A stretch of DNA of 64,000 bases from Heterodontus francisci (lineage: Eukaryota), in NCBI RefSeq assembly GCF_036365525.1, contig NW_027140825.1:1116001-1180000 (forward strand), read 5' to 3'. The notes under the pieces were generated by a model. That model was given only the letters and a program-made list of their open reading frames with translations, ran no database searches and was not told the DNA's origin. The position numbers were made by a program, and so were the translations under genes. Each line of letters starts with the position of its first letter. The first letter of the stretch is position 1. Below are positions 12,543 to 25,720 of this stretch, piece by piece.

Positions 12543-15433
12543 CTTGGTGAGGTAACCAAGATGTGGTCTGGCAGCAGGAGAGGTGGGAAGAATGTGGCGC
12601 CTCTTGTTGAAGACATGGGGGGAAAAGTGCAACATAGACGACTGGAAATGGCGCCACGGATATTGCAAGCCTAAAAGTAAGGGAGAGGAAGTGAGTTATC
12701 ATGGCAGGGGATTGCTTCAACTGTTGAGCTTCCAGTCCACGGTCATCTGAGATTGAAGTGTTGTTAACTCGCTCAGATCCTCGTTCCACAAAACAATTGT
12801 GGGGCATGAGTGGAATTACTTCTATTTCATTCAATGGGTTGAGTAGGGTCCACGGTCTGATCAGGTATTAGTTGGTATAGGGGAGCCCAGAGCAGGAGTT
12901 GCTGAATAAAATAACGCCTACAAACGTGTGATCAGAGCCATCGATTTAAAATAAACCACAGTTATTCTGGGAGTCGATTGCAGATCTGTTAGCGAATTCT
13001 AAAATATTCTATTAGCAATAGCATATGTGAACAGAAATGCGAGTAGGGCAGAGTCAGAACAGCAAGTTCGGCCCTTCGAGTCCGTGTGAGCTCTCTGTCC
13101 AGCAATCCAGTTAGTCCCATTCCCCAAGCAAGTTTATTTCTCTCCAAGTTCACATCCAATTACATTTTGAAATCATTCATTCTCTCTGCTTCCAGCATCC
13201 AGGTAGGCAGTGAGTTCCACATCATTACACCGCGCTGTGTCAACAAAATATGCCTCACATCGCCCCTGCATCTCTTCCCCAAAACCTTACATCTGTGTCC
13301 CCCAGTCCTTGTCTCCAACAGCTCATGGGAACAGATTTTCTTTGTCTATTTTCCGCAACCTCCCTTCATTTTGTACACTTCTGTCAAATCTCCCCTCAAT
13401 TTCCTATGCTCCAAGGAGAACAACCACAGCTTCACCAAATTAACCATGCAGCTAAAATCTCTCAACCCTGGAACCATCCCGGTAGATCGCCTCTGCACCC
13501 TCTCAGGAACTTACATCCTTCCCAAAGTGTGGTGAGCAGAACCGGGCTCAATGCTCAAGTTGGGGCCTAACCAAAACCTCATATATGTTGAGCATAACTG
13601 CCCTGCTTTTGTACTTTATACCTCTATTCATGAATCCCAAGATCCCATAAGCTTCGTGAACTTCTATCTCAATATGTCCTGCCACCTTCAAAGATCTATG
13701 CACATTAACACCCAGGTCCCTCTGTCCTTGAACACTCTTTAGGCCTGTGTCATTAAGTCTGTATTTCCTCTCTGTCTCCCTTCTGCGAAAATGTATCACC
13801 TGATAGCAATGTAGTTCACTGTTAACTGCCTCTGAAATGGGCTAGCAAGTCATTCAGTTAAGGGCAATTCGGCATAGGCAATGAATACCGACCTTGTCAG
13901 TGATGTGTGCATCCCTGAATATGTGTTTTTATATAAAATTCCTCCTTCTCCATTTTTCTTTCTCTGTTTTCTGACTTTGCTTCTCTTTACTTCCTTCTGA
14001 TCATCTGTTTTAGTACATCACAAGTGTTGCTCAAACCATTCACTATGAACGAGCAGACTTGGGGAAATCCAATTGTCTATTTTGTGTGGAATGGTTATGA
14101 TTTTAATCTGTTTCAGAGTTAGTGGAATTGACTATTGGGAAGATTGGTCAAGTCACTGCTGCATTGCTCACTCAGTCTTCACAGAAGCAAGTGGGACACA
14201 GGCTGCGGTGGAGACCCATCTCCACCTCGTGGCTGTAATGTGTAACTACAGGCACCTGAGATTTGCAAAGTGCAATCGATAAAATAGGCATTCTGAAGAC
14301 ATGCTTTGAAATTTCTCCGTCTTCCCACTTTTTATCCATTGCTTTGGCTGATGTCGCTAGTGACATCGAATTAGATTTAAAATGCAGCACAAATTCAGGC
14401 TATTCGTCCCGATGGGACCATGTTCCAGACTAGCCTGGGGCAGATGGCAGTGTAGATGTCATGTCACTGAGCTGGTAATCCAGAGGCTATAGTGAATCTC
14501 CAGGGGACATGCGTTAGAATCCCACCAGGTCAGCTGGTGGAATTTAAATTCAATTAATGAATAAATATAATTATTTCATCACAAAATCTGCAATTGAAAG
14601 CGAGTCTCAGTTAAGGTGCCCTGACACCCAGCTGGCTCACTCATGACTTTTAGGGAAGGGAATCCGCCGTCCTTACCTGGTCTGGCCTACATGTGACTTG
14701 AGACCCACAGAACACAAGAAATAGGATCAGGTGTAGCCCACATATCCCATCGAGCCTGACCATCATACAATACAATCATTGCTGATCTTGGGTTTCAATT
14801 TCACTTTCCTGCCTGCTCCCCATATCCCTTGATTACCTGAGAGATCAAAAATCCCAGACTTAAATGTATTCAATGAAGGAGCATCCACAACACTCTGGGA
14901 TAGAGAATTCCAAAGATTCACAACACTTTGAGTGAAGTCATTTCTCCTCATCTCAGTCCGGAATGATTGACACCTTATCCTGAGATTTCTCACTAGCTCC
15001 TTTTTTGAAAAGCCATGTAACATTTGTCAGCTTTCAATCTGATGGGACTATTCCTGAATCTAAGGAATTCTGGAAAATTATAGCCAGCGCATCCACTCTC
15101 TCTGCAGCTATCTCTTTTAGAACTCTCGTATGTAATCCATATGGTCCAGGGGACATGTCAGATTTTAATCCCTCAAGTTTCTCCAAGACGTTTTCTCATT
15201 TTATAAGAATATCCTTAATTTCCTCACTCTTTTTAGGCCCCAGATAACTGCCTATTTCTGGTATGGAACTTGTGTCTTCTACTGTGAAGACAGGCACAAA
15301 ATATTCGTTCAATACCCCTGCCATTTCCTCATTCCCCATGATGATTTTTCCTGTCTTTACCTCTAAAGAAACAACGTCAACTTTAGCTACTCCCTTGCTT
15401 TTTATGTAAAAACTCCTACCATCTGTTTTTATG

Positions 15434-16322
15434 CTCAACAACAACCTCAACAGGAAAAAATCACCAACCAATTCAACGACAACGTCAGCAGAATGAAAAC
15501 ACCAACAACCTCAACAGCAGTAAAACACCAACTTGTTCAACAACAACCTCGACAGAAGAGATACACCAACAAATGCTGCAACTTCTATAGGATAAAATCA
15601 TCAACAAATTCAACAACAACCTCAACAGGATAAAAGCTCCAAAAAATTCAACAACTACCTTGACAGGAGTGAAACACCAACAATTTCAACAACAACCTCA
15701 ACAGGAGAGAAGCAACAACAAATTTACCATCAACTTCAGCAGGATAAAATCAACAACAAATTCAACAACAACCTCAACAGGAGAGAAACACCAACAAATG
15801 CAACAACAATTTCAGTAGGATAAAACACCAGCAAATTCAGCAGCAACCTCAATAGGAGAAAAACACCAACAAATTCGACAACAACCTCAACAGGAGAGAA
15901 ACACCAACAGATCGACAACAACCTCAACAGGAGAAAATCACCAACAAATTCGACAACAACCTCAACAGGAGAGAAACACCAACAAATTCAACAACAACCT
16001 CAACACAGAAAATTATCAACAAATTCAACAACAATTTCAGTAGGATAAAACACCAGCAAATTCAGCAACAACCTCAACAGGAGAGAAACACCAACAGAAC
16101 GACAACAACCTCAACAGGAGAAAATCACCAACAAATTCGACAACAACCTCAACAGGAGAGAAACACCAACAAATTCAGCAACAACCTCAACAAGAGAGAA
16201 ACACCAACAAATTCAACAACAACGTCAACAGGAGAAAGCCACCAACAAATTCAACAAGTACCGCAACAGGAGAAAAACACAAACAAATTTAACAACATCT
16301 TCAGTAGGATAAAAACACTAAC
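15434..16322. repeat. A/C-rich minisatellite, ~39-bp unit (CAACAACCTCAACAGGAGAGAAACACCAACAAATT...)
   Basis: Visible imperfect tandem repeat. Confidence 0.9.
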
Positions 16323-16389
16323 ATTATCAGAGGGATAGATCAGAGCCAGCTAATGGGATTTTTACACTAGCTGCACAGCTGTTTGATAG

Positions 16390-17025
16390 AGTACAAAGGG
16401 AGAAATTATTTCCCCTGCTGGAGCTTCAGAGAACAGAGAACTCAGATATAGGATCATGACTAACAGTTTCAGAGGGATAGATCAGGAGAATCTGTTTAAA
16501 CCAGTGAGTTATAATATGTAACACTCTGCCTGAAAGTGAGAGGGAAGCAGATTCAAGAGGAAGTTTCAAAAAGGCAGTTGGACAAAACCTTGAAGTTGAA
16601 ACGAAATGCAGGGCGATTGGGGAGGAGCAGGGAGTGGGAGAAATTGAATAGGGGAGATGCAAAACTCTTTTGGGCCTCCTTATCTCGAGAGACAATGGAT
16701 ATGCGCCTGGAGGTGGTCAGAGGGTCACCAATATAAGGCAGTTACTAATAAATCCAATAGGCAATTCAGAATCAATGACTTTACCCAGGGAGTGGGGAGA
16801 ATGTGGAACCCGCATCCACAGAGTGGGTTTAGGCCACTAGTGGAGATGCATTTAAGTGGGAGACTATATGAGGACATGTGGGATAAAGGTACAGAAGGAG
16901 GTGCTGATAGGGTAAGATGCAGAGGGATGGAAGGAGGATGATATGTGTTGCATTGGGTAGCTCTTTCGAACAGCCGGGCCAGGCTCAATGGGCTGAATGG
17001 CCTTTGCCTCTGCTGCATGACTCTA
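16390..17025 (+). mobile_element. Degenerate CR1 3'-end fragments
   Basis: FTQGVGRMWN-like motif and CR1/SINE-type tail (ATGGGCTGAATGGCCT). Confidence 0.6.
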
Positions 17026-17685
17026 TAAACAAATAAGACGCATCAAGTTGCTTGTTTGTATTAGGCAGATCAAAATTAATTTCCCCTGTGCTAAACGACA
17101 ATTCAAGGGTTATGTTTTACATTGGGGTGAAATCTTAGATACTTTGAAAAGCGACAGTGTCATGAAGAAGTGGGTTAACTGTTTTAAACAGATGCTCAAA
17201 CGCCGTCAGGAGGCAGGTGTTCCAGTGAGAGACCTATCTGGGGAGGTGTCTCACTTTTGCATTGTATGAATCATTGGGGACATGTACAACAGGGTGCTAT
17301 GTGTATCTCTTGTCCTAAACCACCGACAGCTCATTCAACAGGACCATGAACCCATTTACCCCACCTCGGAATCTGTTCTTTACAGGTAGAGGCTGCCTTA
17401 ACGAGAAGGATCTGAGCACATTGCTGCAGCATTTTTAATAATTCATAATGTATTGATGTACCCTGAATCGAAGTGGAGCAAGAAGATGAAACTATCAGTA
17501 AAATACAAATCATGATATATCAATAATTAAACTGGTATGGTGTAAAGAATGGTGTTCGATAGATGATAAACGTCAGATATATGGTGGATGGATATTTAGA
17601 GAGGTGAGAGACAGATAGATAGATAACTCGGTGACAAATATGTATATGATCGAGGTACATAGATAGACAAATAGTGCAATGTAAC

Positions 17686-17848
17686 NNNNNNNNNNNNNNN
17701 NNNNNNNNNNNNNNNNNNNNNNNNNNNNNNNNNNNNNNNNNNNNNNNNNNNNNNNNNNNNNNNNNNNNNNNNNNNNNNNNNNNNNNNNNNNNNNNNNNNN
17801 NNNNNNNNNNNNNNNNNNNNNNNNNNNNNNNNNNNNNNNNNNNNNNNN
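17686..17848. other. Assembly gap
   Basis: Run of N flanked by ATAG-type microsatellite. Confidence 1.
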
Positions 17849-18019
17849 AGATAGATCGATGGACAGACAGACAGACACAGATGAAGAGATAGATAGATAG
17901 ATGGATGGATGCAGAGACGCACAAAGCGACACAGAAACCCGCAGATAGTGAGAGAGACAGAAAGACACTGAGATAGACAGACAGGTTGATCTCCCACAAG
18001 TGCTTTCCTCCCCCTTTAG

Positions 18020-18058
18020 AGTTTTTGCTGAACTCCGGCGCCTTTCTGAGTCACTGTG
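18020..18058 (-). other. 23-RSS of V6
   Basis: CACAGTG, 23-nt spacer, GCAAAAACT. Confidence 0.9.
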
Positions 18059-18669
18059 CTGACTCCAGGCACAGTAATACACGGCTGATTGATTCACCAA
18101 CAGGCTGGAGGACTCCAGGAAAAATGGGTGTTGTCGGGTCTCCTGGCGGTCAAACCGCCCACCTCTCTGGAGGGGGTGACCGTTCCGGCGGGGTAGGAAT
18201 AGAAAAGGTTCTCGGGCTCACGGTCCGGATGCCATCGGTACCAGTAGAAAACAGAACTAGCATCTGCCTTTGTGTAAACGCACTGGATCCTGACTGGAGA
18301 GCCCGGGGAATGGGATATGGAAGCAGGAGTCTGTTGGATCAACACGGCCTCCACATCTGTAACACAGAGAGGGAGAGAGAGAAAGAGAGAGATAAAACCA
18401 GGGACAATGTATATATGCTTACCAACAAGAAGAGATAGAAGTGGGAAGAGAAAGAGAGATAGAGCGGTGGGTACCAGTTTGAGGCAGAGAGGCAGAGAGC
18501 GAGAGAGAGGATGAGAGACAGAGAAAGAAATATAGAGGGAGAAGGAGAGAGACAAAGACAGACAGAGACTGAGAATCAGAGACACATGTACATCATTGTA
18601 ACCTCACAGTTCAGACACCTCCTTACCCGTTAACACCAACAACACAACCCAGAGCTGAGACACAGCCAT
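18059..18669 (-). pseudogene. TRBV: TRBV segment V6 with a 1-nt frameshift in FR3 (leader 18669-18627, V exon 18356-18059)
   Basis: Leader MAVSQLWVVLLVLT; VRIQC and WYRW motifs. The frame shifts at the A5 run 18120-18124; the other frame gives LESSSLLVNQSAVYYCAWS. Confidence 0.82.
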
Positions 18670-19919
18670 CTCTGGAGGGTGAAGGATCCGTGTGGTTTTA
18701 TATGAAATGACTGAGCACTTTTATTGTAGAGTATCTCAAAGTTCTGGGAACTGACTGGAATTTACAGCTTCCGTCTCCATCATCTTCAACATTTTCATAG
18801 GCGGAGCCAAGCTTTCTTTCTTTGCTCCTGGGCTCCCCGAGGACTCGTCATTTCTGGGGAGGGACCAATGTTTGACCCTCAGCTCATCGGTTTCTGGGCC
18901 TGCAGTTCTGTTTCATGTCTTTGAAAGTTGCAGAAAGGAAGGGAGTAAATGTGATGTAAACTATCTTCTGTGGTGGAGAGGTGATTAACTGGGCGGGTGT
19001 GTTGGGATCATCAATACCTTCAGTACTCCCCTGATCATAACCACATTCATCCTGACACCATCCTCACACTCATCATTATCATCTGAGGACACATTATCAC
19101 CCTCCTCCCGACCGCCAGCATCTGTGTCAGCCTCGCCCTCAGCAGCCTCATAACCATGAAAAGATGCTCACTCCACCATCATTATCAAGCTTATTCACTT
19201 CCAATTGTATCTGAATGTATTCAGTGATGGGATGTGTGCATTGCTGGAAGGGTCATTTCAGAAAAGCTGAGATGTTACAAGAGTAAATGTTCACTATCTT
19301 TCTTAAATATCCTTCAGGAATCGGTAACAATGGAAATGTTAAAGGTTAGACCAAGAGTGGGGGTGACAAGTTAACTATTCCATAGATGCACTTTACATGA
19401 AGTGGGAAGATCATGGATGGAATGGGAAACATTCCAATGTTTGTGGATTGAATGAGCAGTGGTGTGGTCCATCATCGCACCACTGACCTTCTGGATTGGG
19501 CTCTGGGACTTTTTCTAACCTTGTCTGTTCCAATGAACCGCTTCTCCCAGATCTCCACATCGCTGAAATCCCTCACGCCGGGTCACCTCCTTATAAATCT
19601 CCTTTGCACCCTCTCCATCCTCCCTACAATGTTATGTACAGAAGTGGACACGCTACACCAGTTGAGGCCAAACCAGACTTTTTATAAAGGGTTTAGCATC
19701 AATTTGTTGCGTTTGTGTTGCATTCAAAATTGTGTGCAGTAATTCTGCTTAATCAGAGAAAATAATGTGAAATATGCATTTGAGTACACATTTTCGGTCG
19801 GTGGATTTGTTTTGACTTACCTGCAGTTTTATTTGGCACTAAAGTGTCAGCCTTTTTATTGGCTCCAGTCTGTGTAGTGGCACCTTCCAACTCAGAGAGG
19901 AGAGTTGTACCCACTCAGA

Positions 19920-20345
19920 AAGCACGTTGAGTCTTGGGTACCTCACCTCCTGACTTCTTAAAGACTGTCCACCATCTACAAGGCAACCCCTCAAACTAAT
20001 GCAGACTCTCTACAAGGTACAAGTCAGGAGTATGATGGAATACTCTCCACTCGAGTGTGGCTCCAACAACACTCAAGAAGGTCGACACCACCCAGGACAA
20101 AACAGCCCGCTTGATTGGCACCCTATCCACAAACATTCACTCCCTCCACCACCGACACACAGTGGCAGCAGTGTGGACTATATACAAGATGCACTGCATC
20201 AACTCCCAAAGGCTCCTTCGACAACACCTTCCAAACCCGCTACCTCTATCACCAAGAAGGACAAGGGCAACTTGGGATGGATAGCAAATGTTGGACTGGT
20301 CAGCGATGCTCACATCCCATTAAAGAATTTTTATAAATATTAAAT
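19920..20345 (+). mobile_element. LINE 3' fragment (CR1 superfamily)
   Basis: LYKVQVRSMMEYSP and SLHHRHTVAAV..IYKMH motifs. Confidence 0.7.
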
Positions 20346-20704
20346 GAATAGAAACTGCTTCTATAGGTAGAAGGCAACCAGGAGACATTGATTAAATGTA
20401 ACTGGCAGATGAATTAGTGGGGGGAGGGGGGAGAAGTGATGATTTATTTAAGCAGCGAGTTGTTATGATGTGGTTAGCACAGTCTGAAAGGGTGTTGGAA
20501 GCACTTTGAACAAGAACGTTCAAAAGGGAATGGAATGTACACGTGAATGGAAACAATGTGCACGGCGATGGGAGAGTAGCAGGGGGGAAGAGCATTAACT
20601 GGACAGTTCTTTCAAATAAGCCAGTAGGGGGGAGATGAGCTGAATGGGCTCCTTATGTGCTGTTATCCAAGATGATTCCATGACCTGGTGGCAGAAAATG
20701 AACA

Positions 20705-20978
20705 GAGATTCAATCTACTGCTGCCCTCTCCCAGTGGAAAATGAGACACTGAGAGTCAGTCTACTTCTGCCCCCTGCCGGTGGAAGATGAGCACTGAGAT
20801 TCAATCTACTGCTGCCCCCTGCTGGTGGAAGATGAGCCACTGAGATTCAATCTACTGCTGCCCCCTGCTGGTGGAAAATGAGCATTGAGATTCAATCCAC
20901 TACTGCCCCCTGCTGGTGGAAAATGAGCACTGAGATTCAATCGACTGCTGCCCCATGCCGTTGGAAGTTGAGCACTGA
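20705..20978 (-). promoter_or_regulatory. Six 45-bp tandem repeats with CTCF-type cores, adjoining the RSS of V7
   Basis: Minus-strand CCAGCAGGGGGCAG at 20825-20812, 20871-20858 and 20916-20903 matches the CTCF consensus CCASYAGRKGGCRS. The repeat is certain; CTCF function is inferred. Confidence 0.75.
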
Positions 20979-20998
20979 ACTCCCGTTCATCCACTACA

Positions 20999-21037
20999 GG
21001 TTTTTGCAGCTGCTGATCCGCTTTCTCAAACACTGTG
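20999..21037 (-). other. 23-RSS of V7
   Basis: CACAGTG, 23-nt spacer, GCAAAAACC. Confidence 0.92.
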
Positions 21038-21805
21038 CGATACTACAAGTGCAGAAATAGACAGCGGTGAGAGATGGAGCGGCGTCTCTCAGTGCAAAAG
21101 TAAACAGTGTATTGCTGTCTTTGACTGCATTAAATGACTCGGACGTGTAATTGGTAACAGATCCTTCTGTTACCGAATAGAGCAGAGCTTCCAGTGCCCT
21201 GTCTGGTTGTTGTCTGTACCAGTACATATGGGGATAGCCAGTATTGGTCAGCGTGCATCTGAGTGTTGTCGACTCCCCTGCTGCAATCGATAGGATAGAG
21301 GGCGACTGTTCCACATAGGAGGAGAGTATTCCTGAGGAATGGAACATCGATTAGATTAATATTTGAGTCAATAATGGATTGGAGCAGGAGCTGCATTGCA
21401 AGAAAGAAAGGGCTTACATTAATATAGAGCCGTTCAGGACCTCAGGACATCAGAAACGGCTTTGCAACCAATGTAGGTACCCCCTTAGTACTGCCTCTGC
21501 GACAGTGCAGCACTCCCTCAGTACTGCTTCGTCGACAGTGCAGCACTTCCTCAATAGTGCATCTGCGACAGTGCAGCACTCCCTCTGTACTGCCTCTGCG
21601 ATGGTCCAGCACTCCCTCGGTCCTGACACCTGGGTTGTCAGCCTTGACTTTAAGCTCAAGTGTTCTAGAGTGAGACTCTGACACAGGAGTGTTTTAGACA
21701 GAATCACCGCTGACATTACAATACATCATTCTACACAGTTTCTGACTTTGACTTACGTGGGAAGAGTGCAGCCATCACGATTAGACAGAGAACCTCATGC
21801 AACAT
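21038..21805 (-). CDS. TRBV: TRBV segment V7, apparently functional (leader 21805-21757, V exon 21331-21038)
   Basis: Leader MLHEVLCLIVMAALFP with GTAAGT donor; LRC, WYRQ and TAVYFCTCS motifs. Confidence 0.88.
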
Positions 21806-23110
21806 GATTTCTTCATTCGATACGAACTCGATGTGTGAACGTGTGGAGTTTTCAACAACACACTTGCAGGCGGTTTCTATTTTATATCCAATTAAATACC
21901 CAGCATCCGGTTGTCATTGTGATTGGCAGTCACTTACTGCGACACTCTGCTCCACCCCATTACTTTGCATAGCAATGTCGTAGAATGAGACAACACAGGA
22001 GGGTAGGGGGATATTGAATAGAGGTGTTCACATTTCAGAAAGGGCTTTGATCGAGTATAATTCAGGGAAACAACCCTCTATACCCAGAGAGTATGCCCAT
22101 CCCTTATTGCCCCTGAGAATGTGATGGTGAACCATCTTCGGGAATACCTGCTAGGCCATATCAGAGGGCAGTTAATAGTCAACCACATTGCTGTGGGTCT
22201 GCAGTCACATATAGGCCAGACCAGGTAGGAATGGCGGATTTCCTTCCCTGAAGGTAATCAATGAATACGTTGGGTTTTTACGACACTCCATGTTCAGGAT
22301 TACTCATACTTTCCATTCTAGATTATTATTTATTTAATTAATTGAATTTAAATTGCATTTCTGCCCCGGTGGGAATTGAATTCAAGTCTGGGGATCAATA
22401 GTCCATGCCTCTGGTTTACTAGCCCAGTAACATAACTGCTCTGCTGCCGAACCTCCGTGGTGAATGGGAGCTAAATTGTTAAATTGTTCACTGGTCTGAA
22501 CTGCTAGTTTCTTTGAAGAACACATTAAATGTGACTCGAGTCTGAGGTGAAAGTGGGTAAAGAGTTTTCAGCAGCTTCTGAACTCGCTTTCAGGAGGCAG
22601 GTGTCCCAGAGATGAAGGTATCTGGAGAGGGGTTTCGCCTTTGAACAGTGTGAAACAGCGCTCAGATGGTTCAGGGTTCTGAGCTGAGTTAGTTTCTGTG
22701 CATTGGGGATTTGTTCACCTCTGTGTAGTGAAGGTTAGAGGGAGATTAACAAGACTGGTACCAGGGATGAGGGACTTCAGTTACTGTGGAGAGACTGGAG
22801 AAGCTGGGGGTTTCTCTCCTTGGAGCAGAGAAGGTTAATGGTAGATGTGATACAGATATTGAAGATCATAGAGGATTTTGATAGATAATTGATAACACAT
22901 CACATCATCTATTGACCAATATATAGAAAATCTATGTAAAGATGGTCAGTCATTACATTACTGCAGTATGTTTAATTAGTTCATACAAACTGTAAACACC
23001 TAAAGATATAGTTGGATAGTTACAGAGACAGAGACATAGGTAACCAGGTAGAGAGATAGATCGATAGATAGAGAGACAGACAGCCAGGTGGACAGATAGT
23101 TATGAACTCT

Positions 23111-23380
23111 GAGATTCAATCTACTGCTGCCCCCTGCCGGTGCAAGATGAGCACTGAGATATAATCTTCTGCTGCCACTTGCTGGTGGAGATGAGCACTG
23201 AGAGTCTGTCTACTACTGCCCCCTGTCGGGGGAGGATGAGCACTGACATTCAACCTACTGCTGCCGCCTGCTGGTGGAAGATGAGCACTGACATTCAATC
23301 TACTGCTGCCCCCTGCTGGTGGAAAATGAGCGTGAGACTCAATCTACTGCTGCCACCTGCCGGTGGATGTTGAGCACTGA
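23111..23380 (-). promoter_or_regulatory. Six 45-bp tandem repeats with CTCF-type cores, adjoining the RSS of V8
   Basis: Units carry CCAGCAGGGGGCAG, CCGGCAGGTGGCAG, CCAGCAAGTGGCAG and similar on the minus strand. Confidence 0.72.
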
Positions 23381-23400
23381 ACTCCCGTTCAACCGCTGCA

Positions 23401-23439
23401 GGTTTATGTCGCTGCGGGTCCGCTTTCTCAAACACTGTG
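23401..23439 (-). other. 23-RSS of V8
   Basis: CACAGTG, 23-nt spacer, ACATAAACC. Confidence 0.88.
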
Positions 23440-24134
23440 CGATACGACAAGCGCAGAAATAGACAGCGGTGTGAGATGGCGCAGCGTTTCTCAGTGCCAA
23501 AGTAAACAGTGTATCGCTGGATCTGACTGCCTTAAATGACTCGGATGTGTAATTGGTAACAGTCCCTTCTGGAGCAGAATAGAACAGAGCTTCCAGTGCC
23601 CTGTCTGGTTGTTGTCTGTACCAGTACATATACGGATAGCCAGTATTCTTCAGCGTGCATCTGAGTGTTGTCGACTCTCCTGCTGCAATCGATAGGATCG
23701 AGGGTGACTGTTCCACATAGGAGGAGAGTATTCCTGTGGAATGGAACATCGATTAAATTATTATTTCAGTCAATAGTGGATTAGAGCAGGGACTGCATTG
23801 CAGGAAAGAAAGGACTTACATTAACATAGCGCCGTTCAGGACCTCAGAAAGGGCTTTGCAACCAATGTAGTTACTCACTCTGTACAGCCTCTGCGACAGT
23901 GCAGCACGTCCCCAGCACTGCCTCTGCGACAGTGCAGCACTCCCTCAATCGTGACACCCGGGGTGTTCAGCCTTGATTTGGAGCTGAAGTGTTCTGGAGT
24001 GAGACTCTGACACAGGACTGTTCTGGACAGAATCACCGCTAACATTACAATACATTATTCTACACAGTTTTTGACTTTGACTTACGTGGGAAGAGTGCAG
24101 CCATCAAGATTAGACTGAGAACTTCATGCAACAT
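23440..24134 (-). CDS. TRBV: TRBV segment V8, apparently functional (leader 24134-24086, V exon 23733-23440)
   Basis: Paralog of V7; open frame ending TAVYFCACR; intact splice sites. Confidence 0.88.
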
Positions 24135-25681
24135 GATTTCTTCATTCGATACTAACTCGATGTGTGAACGTGTGGAGTTTTCAACAACACACTTGCAGGC
24201 AGTTTCTATATTGTATCCAATCAAATACTCAGTATCCGGTTGTGATTGTGATTGGCAGTCACTTACTGCGACACTCTGCTCCACCCCATTACTTTGCATA
24301 GTAATGTTGTTGAATGATACAACACAGGAGGATAGGGGGAGATTGAATAGTGGTGTTCACATTTCAGAAAGGGCTTTGATAGAGTAGAATTCAGGGAAAC
24401 AGCCTTCTACACCCACAGAATGTGCCCATTCCTTATTGCTCCTGAGAATGTGGTTGTGAACCATCTTCGGGAATACCTGCTGGGCCATATCAGAGGGCAG
24501 TTAATAGTCAAACTCATTGCTGTGGGTCTGCAGTCACTTATAGGCCAGACCGGGTAAGAACGGCAGATTTCCTTCCTTGAAGGATATCAATGAATACGTT
24601 GGGTTTTTATGACACTCCATGTTCAGAATTGCTCATACTATCCATGATAGATTTTTATATATTTATTTATTTAATTGAATTTATATTCCATTTCTGCCCC
24701 TGGTGAGGAGTGAACTCATGTCTGGGTAACATTAGTCCAGGCCTCTGGATTACTAGTCCAGTAAAATAACTGCTCTGCTACCGTACCTCCTTGCTGAATG
24801 GAGGTTAAAGGGTTAAATTGCTCACTGGTTTGAACTGCTAGTTCCTTTGAAGAACACATCAAATGTGACTCGAGTCTGAGATGAAAGTGGGTAAAGAGTT
24901 TTCAGCAGCTTCTGAACTCGCTGTCAGGAGGCAGGTGTCCCAGAGATGAAGTTATCTGGAGAGGGGTCTCGCCTTTGAACAGTGTGAAACAGCGCTCAGA
25001 TGGTTAAGGGTTCCGAGCTGAGTTAGTTCCTGTACATTGGGAGGTTTCTCGCCTCCGTGTAGTGACGACTAGAGAGAGGGAGAGGGTTGGAGGGAGAGGG
25101 ATGGAGAGAGGGAGCGACAGGACGTTACTGATCAGTCATGATCTCATTGAAGGGCGGAGTGTTTTCGAGGTGATGAATGAACTCCTTGTGTTCCCAGGTC
25201 GCTGTTCAAGTGTGTTCCAGACTCTGATGTTTATCATGGTCCAACAGCGCACTCTGCTGTCCATTTGGCGAAAGAAAACACCGTGACATCCATCGACAAC
25301 TGATGTATCTATCTCTCTCTCTCTCTATCTATCTATCTCTCTATCTATCTATCGGTGTTTATCAGATCTTCATTTCACATATTAAAATCTGTAATAATCT
25401 CTCTAAGACCGTTGAATGTTTACCCTTCAGTTTCTCCTTTCTGGAGCAAAGATCCCCCAATGTTCAAACTATCTTGATAACTTTAACCTCTGTGTTCTGA
25501 TATCATTCCTGTAAAGTCTATTCCACAATTCCCCTGTGCTTCTATATCTAACCTGTCACTTTCTATTTAAATCCGCACTGTCTTCTTGTGAGAAACATGT
25601 TCCCAATGATAAAAAAAACCAACCAACAGGAAGCAGCACAGCCTGGTTTTATCTGAAACAGGTGTTTCCTGCTGCCTTTGG

Positions 25682-25720
25682 GGTTTTTGTTGAACTGCTC
25701 CATCTCTCTGAGTCACTGTG
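25682..25720 (-). other. 23-RSS of V9
   Basis: Consensus CACAGTG, 23-nt spacer, ACAAAAACC. Confidence 0.95.
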
